The notes under the pieces: model-generated
Told to the model about the DNA's origin: nothing
The model's database searches: none
What the model saw: only the letters and a program-made list of their open reading frames with translations
Source: Candidatus Zixiibacteriota bacterium
GTDB lineage: Bacteria > RBG-13-66-14 > B26-G2 > WVWN01
Assembly (NCBI GenBank): GCA_050117845.1
Contig: JASFLY010000005.1
Span: 69,512-133,511 of the forward strand
Length of the DNA: 64,000 nucleotides
Direction of reading: 5' to 3'
Shown: positions 7,960 to 15,711 of the stretch, one piece after another
Numbering within the stretch: the first letter of the stretch is position 1
Layout of the letters: each line of letters begins with the position of its first letter
Position numbers and translations under genes: made by a program

Positions 7960-8559
7960 ATGGAAAAATTGACGAGCAGGCAACGAGAGGTTTTATCCGC
8001 CGTGCGGGAGCTGACGGGCCGGCACGGCTTCCCGCCCACGGTGCGGGAGCTGGCGGAATTTCTGGAGGTCGGCCCCCGGGCAGCCTTCGAGCACCTAGCG
8101 GCCCTCGTCCGCAAGGGCTATCTGGAGAAGGAGGACGGCAGGCCGCGGGCGCTGTCGCTGGCGGGGTACGAGCCGGCGCTGGAGCTGCCGGTGGTGGGGA
8201 ACGTGGCCGCGGGGCCGCCCATCACGGCGATAGAGGAGGCCGAGGAGACGATGGCGGTCGACCGGTCGCTGGGGGCCGCGGATGGCGACTTCCTTCTGCG
8301 CGTCCGCGGCGACAGTATGGAGGGCGAGCACATCCTCGACGGCGACATGGTCATAGTTCGGCCCCAGCCGGTGGCGGAGAACGGCGCCGTCGTGGTGGCG
8401 CTGGTGGGGGACGAGGCCACGGTGAAGCGGATGTACCTCCGCGGCGGCCTGGTCATCCTGCGCGCCGCCAACCCGGCCTATGCGGACCTCGTGCTCGGCG
8501 AGGATCACGACGTCGCGGTGATAGGCCGCGTCGTGGGCGTCATCCGGCGTTACAAGTGA
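7960..8559 (+). CDS. lexA: SOS repressor LexA
   Basis: wHTH 'GFPPTVRELA', Ala-Gly cleavage site VAAG, catalytic GDSM and TVKR. Confidence 0.95.
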   Translation: MEKLTSRQREVLSAVRELTGRHGFPPTVRELAEFLEVGPRAAFEHLAALVRKGYLEKEDGRPRALSLAGYEPALELPVVGNVAAGPPITAIEEAEETMAVDRSLGAADGDFLLRVRGDSMEGEHILDGDMVIVRPQPVAENGAVVVALVGDEATVKRMYLRGGLVILRAANPAYADLVLGEDHDVAVIGRVVGVIRRYK

Positions 8560-8572
8560 GGGAGTTCGTTCA

Positions 8573-8899
8573 CTACTTGTTCATGAGGCGGTATATGTCG
8601 TCGTGGGGGCCAAAGGCAAAAAACCTTACGGACTCGTCGGGGGTCGTGGTGCAGTTATCGCAGTTATTTACGCCCTCCATCCCTTTGGCCCGGCATTCCT
8701 TGCAGTAAGCGTATATGACCACGAAGCGCTTGGATACTTTTGAACTGGACAAACCGGCTAAACCATATTTCAACGGCTCGCCATAGCCGATTGGCGAGTT
8801 CAATATGAGTTTGATTTTGCGAGCGAGTTCCCTTTCCAGGGAAGAGTATTTCTTAACTTGTTTGTTGAAGAGGGGGGAATATATGGGAGTCGCAGCCAC
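8573..8899 (-). CDS. RelE/ParE-like toxin with Cys-rich insert
   Basis: 'YGEPLKYGLAGLSSSKV..RFVVIY', CKEC...CDNC, 'FGPHDDIY'. Confidence 0.7.
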   Translation of the reverse strand: MAATPIYSPLFNKQVKKYSSLERELARKIKLILNSPIGYGEPLKYGLAGLSSSKVSKRFVVIYAYCKECRAKGMEGVNNCDNCTTTPDESVRFFAFGPHDDIYRLMNK

Positions 8900-8901
8900 A
8901 T

Positions 8902-9132
8902 CTATTCGATGCCGAAGACTTCTTGATGAGTCAGGGTTTGACCTTGCTGAAATTGTTTCCGGGATGTTTGGATCTGCTGGTAGAGATCTTGGTCGGCAAG
9001 GATGAGGGCTGTCAGCAGGTCGCTTAGGTCGACGCGGATGCGGTTGGAGTTAGCATCACATGCTGCAGGGATTCGGATGGAGATGTCAGTCCGCCCTTCG
9101 TACTGAACGGTATATGTAGTTGAATTCGTCAT
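8902..9132 (-). CDS. Putative antitoxin
   Basis: 76 aa, directly upstream of the toxin; ends 'QGQTLTHQEVFG' as many antitoxins do. Confidence 0.6.
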   Translation of the reverse strand: MTNSTTYTVQYEGRTDISIRIPAACDANSNRIRVDLSDLLTALILADQDLYQQIQTSRKQFQQGQTLTHQEVFGIE

Positions 9133-9416
9133 TTTTTCTTTTCCTCATAGGACGTAATCATGTCGTCGAGTTTTTTACGGAGGTCCAGTGCTTTATGGTA
9201 GCTGAAGGCGAGGCGTGCAACCATATTGCCGACTACGTTTTTGGCCTCCGGGTCTTGCTTGGAGGCGTGCATATCAGCGGGATGGACGTACAGCGCGTCC
9301 AGCGCGAAGTCGTCTTCGGCGTAGGAAACGACGAAAAAGTTAGCCGGTTGGGCGGGCGGCTTCTGCGGCACGACTACCTCGATATTGGATTTTTTCTTCG
9401 GTTTTTTTTCGGCCAT
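9129..9416 (-). CDS. Small hypothetical protein (DUF3467-like)
   Basis: RBS AGGAGG; 'ANFFVVSYAEDDFALD...VARLAFS...L'; 4-bp overlap with the next gene. Confidence 0.55.
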   Translation of the reverse strand: MAEKKPKKKSNIEVVVPQKPPAQPANFFVVSYAEDDFALDALYVHPADMHASKQDPEAKNVVGNMVARLAFSYHKALDLRKKLDDMITSYEEKKK

Positions 9417-9441
9417 GTTTCACGCCTCCTGAATTTAAATT

Positions 9442-9470
9442 ATTTTACCACGGCCGTTGGGCGATGTCAA
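9442..9470 (-). promoter_or_regulatory. sigma70-type promoter of the three-gene TA operon
   Basis: TTGACA-17-TAAAAT on the minus strand. Confidence 0.6.
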
Positions 9471-9517
9471 CGAAGGCCGAAGCTTTGGGGAATGAAAAAG
9501 AATACTGAAGGATAAAA

Positions 9518-9769
9518 ATGGAAGTCGTGGACCTGGGTGACGGCGTGCGCGTGGGCGCCATCTTCGAGGAATCGGGGAAGATAAAGCCGGTGTGGTTCGC
9601 CTACAACGGCCGGCGCCTCGCGATAGAGCGCGTGACCTACGCCTGGAAGGAGCGCGACGGCGACGTGAGCATCCGGCACTACGCGGTGAAGGTGGGCGGA
9701 ACGGTATACGAGCTGGCGTTCGACACGTCGACGCTGGCCTGGCGCCTCGCCCGCAGCTACATCGAATAG
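9518..9769 (+). CDS. Small DinB-associated protein (DUF6504-like)
   Basis: 'PVWFAYNGRRLAIERV...W....YELAFD....WRL', a pattern seen next to Y-family polymerases. Confidence 0.65.
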   Translation: MEVVDLGDGVRVGAIFEESGKIKPVWFAYNGRRLAIERVTYAWKERDGDVSIRHYAVKVGGTVYELAFDTSTLAWRLARSYIE

Positions 9770-9910
9770 GGAGGGAGGGTTGTAGGGAGGGAGGGTCAAG
9801 GAGGCAGGGGGAGAGGGCGGTAAAATTGGGGGGGAGAAGGACGGGGGGTAAAGGGTAATTGGGGGGTGTGGGGGTTATTGGGGGGGGTGGGGCCTGTCGA
9901 GGGGGCGGGC
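9769..9910 (+). repeat. G-run-rich intergenic tract (G-quadruplex potential)
   Basis: More than 12 runs of at least 3 G, including GGGAGGGAGGG twice. Confidence 0.6.
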
Positions 9911-9945
9911 CCCTTTTTTATCTCGGGTGATTGTGAGGAAATGAC

Positions 9946-11253
9946 ATGTGGGCATCCATTACGGGCCTGGCGCACGGGAGGCCGCTACTCGGCGGCGAGC
10001 GCCCCGGCACGGCGGGCCTCGGCCCCGGCGCCGAGGCCTACGGCGAGTTCTGGGAGCGCATCGTCGTATTCCTGGACATGAACGCGTTCTTCGTGAACGT
10101 GGAGGTGCGGGCCAAGCCGTGGCTGGCGGGCAGGCCTATTCTGGTGGTGGGCTCGCGCAAGGAGCGCTCCGTCGTCGCGTCGGCCTCGTACGAGACGCGC
10201 AAGTTCGGCGTCAGGTCCGGCATGCCCTCCGAGGAGGCGCGGCGGCTCTGCCGCGACGCCGTCGTCGTCCCCGCCGACATCCCCAAGTACACCCACGCGC
10301 TGCGCGAGGTAGCGACGCGGGCGCACCACTACACGCCCGTGGTCGAGATAGCCTCCATCGACGAGCTGGCGCTGGACATAACGACGACCTTTCGCCGCTG
10401 GGGGACGCCGCGCGACTGCGCCGTCGCCTTCGCCCGCGAGGTCCGCGAGGAGCTCGGCCTGCCGTGCTCGCTCGGCATCGCCCCCAACAAGATGCTCGCG
10501 AAGCTGGCCGCCGGCCTGGAGAAGCCCAACGGCCTAACGGTCCTGCGGCCCTCCCAGCTCGAGACCTTCCTGGAGGACCTGCCCACCACCGAGCTGCCGG
10601 GCATCGGCCCCAGGATGGGGGAGCACCTGCGGCGGATGGGCGCGAGCACCTGCGGCCAGATGGGCCGCCTGCCGCTCTCGCGGCTGCGCTCGCGCTTCGG
10701 CATCATCGGCGACGTTCTGCAGAACATGGGCCTGGGGATAGACCGCAGGCCGCTCGTTGCCCACTACGACTACGAGGAGGCCAAGTCCGTCGGCAACACC
10801 GTAACGCTCAACCGCGACACCTACGACCCGGCCGAAATCCGGCGGACCTTCCTGTGGCTGTGCGAGCGGGTGGGGCGGCGTCTGCGCGGCGACGGCTACT
10901 GCGGCCGCTGCGTCTACGCCATCGCGCGCTACCCGGACTTCTACACCGTGGGGAAGTCGCACCGCCTCTCGCGCTACGTGGACGAGGGGATGGACGTCTT
11001 CCGGGCGGCGTGGCCGCTCTTGCCCGACGACATGCGGGAGCGCGGCGTGCGGATGCTGGGGGTGTCGGTCTCGATGCTGCTGCATCACGGCCGGCCCATG
11101 AACCTGTTCGAGATGCGGCGGGACCGCCTCATGACGACGCTGGACGAGCTGAACCGGAAGTACGGCCGCGACGCGCTCAAGCGGGCGGAGCTGATGCCCG
11201 GCCTCCCCGGCGGCCTCTACGAGACCGTCCAGGCCGGCTGGCACCCGGGGTAG
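9946..11253 (+). CDS. dinB: Y-family DNA polymerase IV
   Basis: 'FLDMNAFF', 'ASYE', 'SIDE', 'LAKLA', 'LPGIG', 'KSVG'. Confidence 0.93.
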   Translation: MWASITGLAHGRPLLGGERPGTAGLGPGAEAYGEFWERIVVFLDMNAFFVNVEVRAKPWLAGRPILVVGSRKERSVVASASYETRKFGVRSGMPSEEARRLCRDAVVVPADIPKYTHALREVATRAHHYTPVVEIASIDELALDITTTFRRWGTPRDCAVAFAREVREELGLPCSLGIAPNKMLAKLAAGLEKPNGLTVLRPSQLETFLEDLPTTELPGIGPRMGEHLRRMGASTCGQMGRLPLSRLRSRFGIIGDVLQNMGLGIDRRPLVAHYDYEEAKSVGNTVTLNRDTYDPAEIRRTFLWLCERVGRRLRGDGYCGRCVYAIARYPDFYTVGKSHRLSRYVDEGMDVFRAAWPLLPDDMRERGVRMLGVSVSMLLHHGRPMNLFEMRRDRLMTTLDELNRKYGRDALKRAELMPGLPGGLYETVQAGWHPG

Positions 11254-11275
11254 GATGGGTCCCCGGGATAGTAAT

Positions 11276-11302
11276 AAGCCGGGCCCCGCGGCCCGGCTTT
11301 TT
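11276..11302. terminator. Terminator between dinB and the convergent secreted-protein array
   Basis: AAGCCGGGCC-CCGC-GGCCCGGCTTTTT. Confidence 0.8.
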
Positions 11303-11323
11303 GTTCCCTGAAATAATCCCGGC

Positions 11324-11881
11324 TCAATAGTACAACGCCTTGACCCGGCCGAGGGAAGTCGGGCCGACGGCGACGTTGTACAAACCGATTTCGACGTCGT
11401 CGAGACGCAATATCGTCGTCCCGCTGTTGTACGGGCCGTAGACCATTGAGAACCAGTGTATTTTGTACCGGCCTTTCGCCGTTACCGGCGACGAAACCCA
11501 TTCGTAGTACTCCCATCCGCTCGTCTCGGGCAAACCGTAAGATATAATTTGGCCGCCGCCGTCGATAGATATATCGTATTGGCGGGGCGCGCTCCCGTAT
11601 CCGGTCGCCACGTAGCGGAAAATGACGCGGATGCGTTGGTCGCGGTCCAGGCGAAAACTCGGCGTCATAATCGAGCATTTGGCCTCGTCGCCGATGACGG
11701 TGGTGGCGTATCCGTCGGCGTAACCGCCCGGGTTGGACCATCCCCAATCGCTACCGTAGCCGGTCACGGCCCAACCTTGGGGCGGGAACCGCGAGCCCCC
11801 GAAGTCCTCCTCGACCAGCGGCGGGGGAGTGGCCGCCGCGGCGGCGGCAAGTAGCGCGAGAAGGAATCCCTTTTTGATCAT
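11324..11881 (-). CDS. Secreted cleaved-adhesin/choice-of-anchor-J-like protein with C-terminal motif
   Basis: Signal peptide, 'EEDFGGSRFPPQGW'...'LDDV', C-terminus AVGPTSLGRVKALYY. Confidence 0.8.
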   Translation of the reverse strand: MIKKGFLLALLAAAAAATPPPLVEEDFGGSRFPPQGWAVTGYGSDWGWSNPGGYADGYATTVIGDEAKCSIMTPSFRLDRDQRIRVIFRYVATGYGSAPRQYDISIDGGGQIISYGLPETSGWEYYEWVSSPVTAKGRYKIHWFSMVYGPYNSGTTILRLDDVEIGLYNVAVGPTSLGRVKALYY

Positions 11882-11921
11882 GACCTTTCTTCCGAAGCGG
11901 AGGAGGGAGGGCCGGTCGGCC

Positions 11922-12506
11922 TTACCGGTACAACGCCTTGACCCGACCGAGGGACGTCGGCGAGATGCCCGTGTTTTCCTCGACGACGACGTCGTCCACG
12001 TAGAAGTACCCGTTGCCGCGGGGTCCGTGAGGACTACCGTTTTCGCCGGACAGCTTCCAACCTACGCCGTAGTCGCCAATCATGTAAGTGGGGAAGTTGA
12101 CGCGGACCTGGGCCCAATTTTCGGAGTGCGGTAAATCCTGAGACCAGCGCGCCATCCCGCCTTGCCACAGTTGGAGTCTAAGCAGATAAGTCAAAGCGCC
12201 GTCGCTATCGCTATAATACTTGAAAGAAACGCAGGTGGGGGCTCCGGTAAGGGGTATGGATTTCGTTGCGAGAGTAGTACTGCCGGTGCTTTCGTAGTAA
12301 CCGAACACGTGGCCGCGGGCGCAGTAGTTACCGCCGACGTTGAACCTTTCCCATTCTATTATCTCCATGCCGTGGTTCTCTATTATTACCGACCAGCCAT
12401 CCGGGGGGAACGTCGCGTCGCTGAAGTCCTCCTCGAGAATCGCGCCGCCCGCCACGCCGGCGACCGCTAACGCCAGCGCCGTTATCGCGATAAATCCCTT
12501 TCCCAT
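11922..12506 (-). CDS. Secreted paralog with C-terminal motif
   Basis: RBS AGGAGG, 'EEDFSDATFPPDGW'...'VDDV', GISPTSLGRVKALYR. Confidence 0.8.
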   Translation of the reverse strand: MGKGFIAITALALAVAGVAGGAILEEDFSDATFPPDGWSVIIENHGMEIIEWERFNVGGNYCARGHVFGYYESTGSTTLATKSIPLTGAPTCVSFKYYSDSDGALTYLLRLQLWQGGMARWSQDLPHSENWAQVRVNFPTYMIGDYGVGWKLSGENGSPHGPRGNGYFYVDDVVVEENTGISPTSLGRVKALYR

Positions 12507-12569
12507 AATCCTACCTCCTTCGTACGCCGGATAAGATCCCGGCTATTTATCCCCTGCCGTAATCCCGGT

Positions 12570-13130
12570 TCAGCGGTACAGCGCCTTGACCCGGCCTATG
12601 GACGTCGGCGAGACGCCGACGTTGTATAGTACTATCTCGACGTCGTCGAGCCGCAATATGCCCGTACCGCTATTATAGGGGCTGTAGACCGTCGCGACCC
12701 ACCCTATCCGGAAATCGGTGTACGCCCACGCGCTCGGAGAGACCCATTCGTAATATTCCCACCCGGTCGTTTTGGGTAAGGAGCTCGCGCAGACGCCGTT
12801 GCCCGTGAAGTATATTGCATGGTCGGTGGGCGCGCCGCCGGACCCGGTTGCGACGTAACGGAAGGTGGCTCGGACGCGCTGGGCGCCCTCCAGGTAAAAC
12901 GGCGGCGAATAGATGCGGCACGAGGCCGTACTGGCTACGGTAGAAGTGGCGTATCCGTCGGCGTAACCGCCGGGGTTAGACCATCCCCAATCGCTGCCGG
13001 AGCCGGACGCCGTCCACCCCTCCGGCGGGAATTGTGATCCCTCGAAGTCCTCTTCGACGAACGCCGGGGGAGTAGCGGCGCAGAGCGCCGCCGTGGCCGC
13101 TAGCGCCGCGAACGAGATCCGTAACCTCAT
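12570..13130 (-). CDS. Secreted paralog with C-terminal motif (close duplicate of 11324-11881)
   Basis: Shares 'GSDWGWSNPGGYADGYAT'; GVSPTSIGRVKALYR. Confidence 0.8.
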   Translation of the reverse strand: MRLRISFAALAATAALCAATPPAFVEEDFEGSQFPPEGWTASGSGSDWGWSNPGGYADGYATSTVASTASCRIYSPPFYLEGAQRVRATFRYVATGSGGAPTDHAIYFTGNGVCASSLPKTTGWEYYEWVSPSAWAYTDFRIGWVATVYSPYNSGTGILRLDDVEIVLYNVGVSPTSIGRVKALYR

Positions 13131-13157
13131 TCCCGTGCCCCCGTGTTTACTACATCC

Positions 13158-13709
13158 TTACCGGTAAAGCGCGCGCACCCGGCCCAACGACGTCGGCGAG
13201 ACGGCCGTATTCTCCAACGTCACCACGACGTCGTCGACGTGCCATACGCTACTCCCGCCGTGGCTTCCCCCGTGAAAGATCATGCGGAACTCGAGTTGGT
13301 AGTCGTCCGACGAGGCCGGCGCCGTGCTATCCGTAAACGGCGTCCACTCGTGGTTCATGGTGTACGGGACCGACGTGCCCCAGGTGCCGAGGTTGACGTA
13401 CCTACTGCATTCGGGGAAGCCGTCCGTCTTATAATTGAAGTCGACGTGAACCGTCGTGCCTCCGGTGATATGGAAGTAGAACGTGTACAACGACGTGGTA
13501 ACGCTTTGGAAAGATCCGACGTTAGCGTATCCTTGCGCGTAGCCGCCGTTGTTCTGCCACGACCAGCTACCGGACCCCGAGCCGTTAGAGTACCATCCCG
13601 GCGGCGGGAACGTTCCCCCCGAGAAGCCCTCGTCAACCGGTACGGACGGTGATGCCCACGTGAGGCCGGCCACGGCTACGAGTCCCAATACCGCCATCAC
13701 CTTTTCCAT
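13158..13709 (-). CDS. Secreted paralog with C-terminal motif
   Basis: 'DEGFSGGTFPPPGW'...'VDDV', AVSPTSLGRVRALYR. Confidence 0.8.
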   Translation of the reverse strand: MEKVMAVLGLVAVAGLTWASPSVPVDEGFSGGTFPPPGWYSNGSGSGSWSWQNNGGYAQGYANVGSFQSVTTSLYTFYFHITGGTTVHVDFNYKTDGFPECSRYVNLGTWGTSVPYTMNHEWTPFTDSTAPASSDDYQLEFRMIFHGGSHGGSSVWHVDDVVVTLENTAVSPTSLGRVRALYR

Positions 13710-13740
13710 ACTCCACTCTCCCTTCGTTGTTACCGGAATA

Positions 13741-14328
13741 CTACCGGTAGATTGCCCGCACTCGCCCCAGCGACGTGGGTTCCACCGCGTGGTACCGTTT
13801 ATCGTTGATGAGAATATTATCGAGGTCCCAGCTGTATACGGAGGTATGGAAAGAGGGGTTCTTGACGTAGATTTCGAAACGGGCCGCGACCCTCCCGGCC
13901 CGGGTGACGACTATATAATCCGAGTACGCGCGCCAATCGGCCGCGAGGAGCATGTCGCGCTGGACCAGCGTTTCGGCGGGAGGACCTACGTAGTAGAGGG
14001 AAAAACGGGCGTAGTGTTCCGCCGGGTAGCCGTTGCAGCCGAGGCCGTAATCGTAGCGGAACTCGACGGTCGTTCCGGCGGGGACGTCGAAGGCCGGCGT
14101 GTCTATTCGGGCCCAACGGACGATGCCGTCCGTGCTGGACGCCCATCCGATGGCGTAGTTGCACCAGGGGCCGCCCGACTGCGGATCCCACCCCGCGTTG
14201 ACGGTTTTCTCCACGCCCCATCCGCCGGGCGGGAAGGTTCCTTCGAACCCTTCGTTGATGTACGCGGTGGCGCCGGCGCCGGCGGCGCAAAACGCCAACA
14301 CTAACGGGAGTAGACATGCTCGCCGCAT
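13741..14328 (-). CDS. Secreted paralog with C-terminal motif
   Basis: 'NEGFEGTFPPGGW'...'LDNI', AVEPTSLGRVRAIYR. Confidence 0.8.
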   Translation of the reverse strand: MRRACLLPLVLAFCAAGAGATAYINEGFEGTFPPGGWGVEKTVNAGWDPQSGGPWCNYAIGWASSTDGIVRWARIDTPAFDVPAGTTVEFRYDYGLGCNGYPAEHYARFSLYYVGPPAETLVQRDMLLAADWRAYSDYIVVTRAGRVAARFEIYVKNPSFHTSVYSWDLDNILINDKRYHAVEPTSLGRVRAIYR

Positions 14329-14391
14329 CTGACCCTCCTTTGCTAAATACCTTTAGGCGTTACGTTCCCCGCAATAAAACTCTGTCTAATC

Positions 14392-14976
14392 TTACCGGTA
14401 CAGCGCCCGCACCCGGCCGAGTGACGTCGCTTCGACGGCGACATTGTCCTCCGACGCCGATATATCGTCCAGGTGCAAGTAAACCGCCCCGCCGGAAGAA
14501 GGACCCATCAGGCTGTCTATTTCCCAGGCGAATTTATAGTCGGCGGCCGATTCGGTTATGGTCGGTACCGCCTCCTCGACCCACTCCCAACTCTGGCACC
14601 CGTGGAAGTCCTTTCTCCAGACCTCGCTTCCGCCCTTGCGGAGGATCAGGTTCAGGTAGAACCTTACCGTACCGCGCCCCGAGGTATACCGCCTGAATTT
14701 AAGGTTGACGTCCGTCCCGGCTTGCAACGATACGGCGCCGCTTACCAGCGTGGTCGTCCCGGCCGCGCCGTACGGCCCTTCCATGAAACCGCGGGCGTAA
14801 GCCGACGCCCCTTCGTTGATCTTATCCCATCCCGAGGCGGCGCTGCCGGTGCTCTCGGTGGTCCACCCGGCCGGGGGGAACGGGCCGCCACTGAAGTCCT
14901 CGTCGAGGTACGATACGGGAGGCGTTCCCCATGCGCCGGCGGCCAACGCCGCCGCGAGCCCAACGTATTTCCACAT
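14392..14976 (-). CDS. Secreted paralog with C-terminal motif
   Basis: 'DEDFSGGPFPPAGW'...'LDDI', AVEATSLGRVRALYR. Confidence 0.8.
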   Translation of the reverse strand: MWKYVGLAAALAAGAWGTPPVSYLDEDFSGGPFPPAGWTTESTGSAASGWDKINEGASAYARGFMEGPYGAAGTTTLVSGAVSLQAGTDVNLKFRRYTSGRGTVRFYLNLILRKGGSEVWRKDFHGCQSWEWVEEAVPTITESAADYKFAWEIDSLMGPSSGGAVYLHLDDISASEDNVAVEATSLGRVRALYR

Positions 14977-15006
14977 AGCGCCCCCCTTTGTGCGCTCCGC
15001 CGCCGG

Positions 15007-15633
15007 TTACCGGTAGAGCGCCCGCACCCGCCCCAGCGACGTCGGCTCCACGGCCTGGTCGTCGTACGTGAAGCGGAAGCGGCAGATAGTACTGAAGAGA
15101 TTGCCCGACGTGCCCTCGTACACCTTGCTTATTAATCCGTAGTTTTGGCCGGCGTCGTGGCCCCAGTTGCGGACCTCGGTTTCGACCTGGCCGTTGTTCC
15201 AACGCAACTCGACGATGAGGTTCCGGGCGTTGTCGTAATCGAAGGAAGTCGTCAAATCGAAGCCGAACCACGAGTCCGCGGTTCCGGCGAGGAGGAGCGG
15301 GTTCGCCGCGTGCGCCAGGACGGGCGTATTGCCGCCGTAGTTGTCGGCGAAGTTCGCGGTCAGCTCGGATAGCGGCGTATGACAGAGGCGGAGTTCGAAC
15401 TGGCGGTAGGGGGCGTTCGAGAAGTCGTTCCCGGCTTCCCACTCGATTTTCGTTATCGCGCCGGCGAAGCCCAGTTGCGTTTGCGGCACCAAAAACTGGT
15501 ACTTATAGCAGATGCCTCAAGTACCGCAGAACGGCAGTTTTAACTGCTGGTCCTTACTGCCGGTTTCGACCTGGCCCGCGATGGCCCCGGCCGCGGCGAC
15601 CAATACCAGTATCGGGACAAGTTTCCTCAACAT
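15007..15633 (-). CDS. Candidate secreted selenoprotein (in-frame TGA at 15519-15517, C-G-T-U-G-I-C) with C-terminal motif
   Basis: RBS AGGAGG and ATG 15633 give a signal peptide MLRKLVPILVLVAAAGAIAG in frame with the ORF-track ORF 15007-15492, interrupted by a single TGA; C-terminus AVEPTSLGRVRALYR. Confidence 0.75.
15482..15510 (-). promoter_or_regulatory. SECIS-like hairpin
   Basis: TGC..GTACCA-GTTTT-TGGTGC.GCA; GU-led loop 20 nt after the UGA. Confidence 0.55.
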
Positions 15634-15657
15634 CGTAGGAGCCTCCTGTCCGTTAAC

Positions 15658-15685
15658 ATTATATCACTTTATGGTGACGTATCAA
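15658..15685 (-). promoter_or_regulatory. Probable promoter of the secreted-protein array
   Basis: TTGATA-16-TATAAT; spacer contains TCAC-N6-GTGA. Confidence 0.45.
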
Positions 15686-15711
15686 GTCAGTTTTTTACTG
15701 CGCCGGCGAAA

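Noticed and set aside
11324..15633. Diversity-generating retroelement acting on the array
   Set aside because: No reverse transcriptase and no template/variable repeat pair with adenine-specific mismatches is visible.
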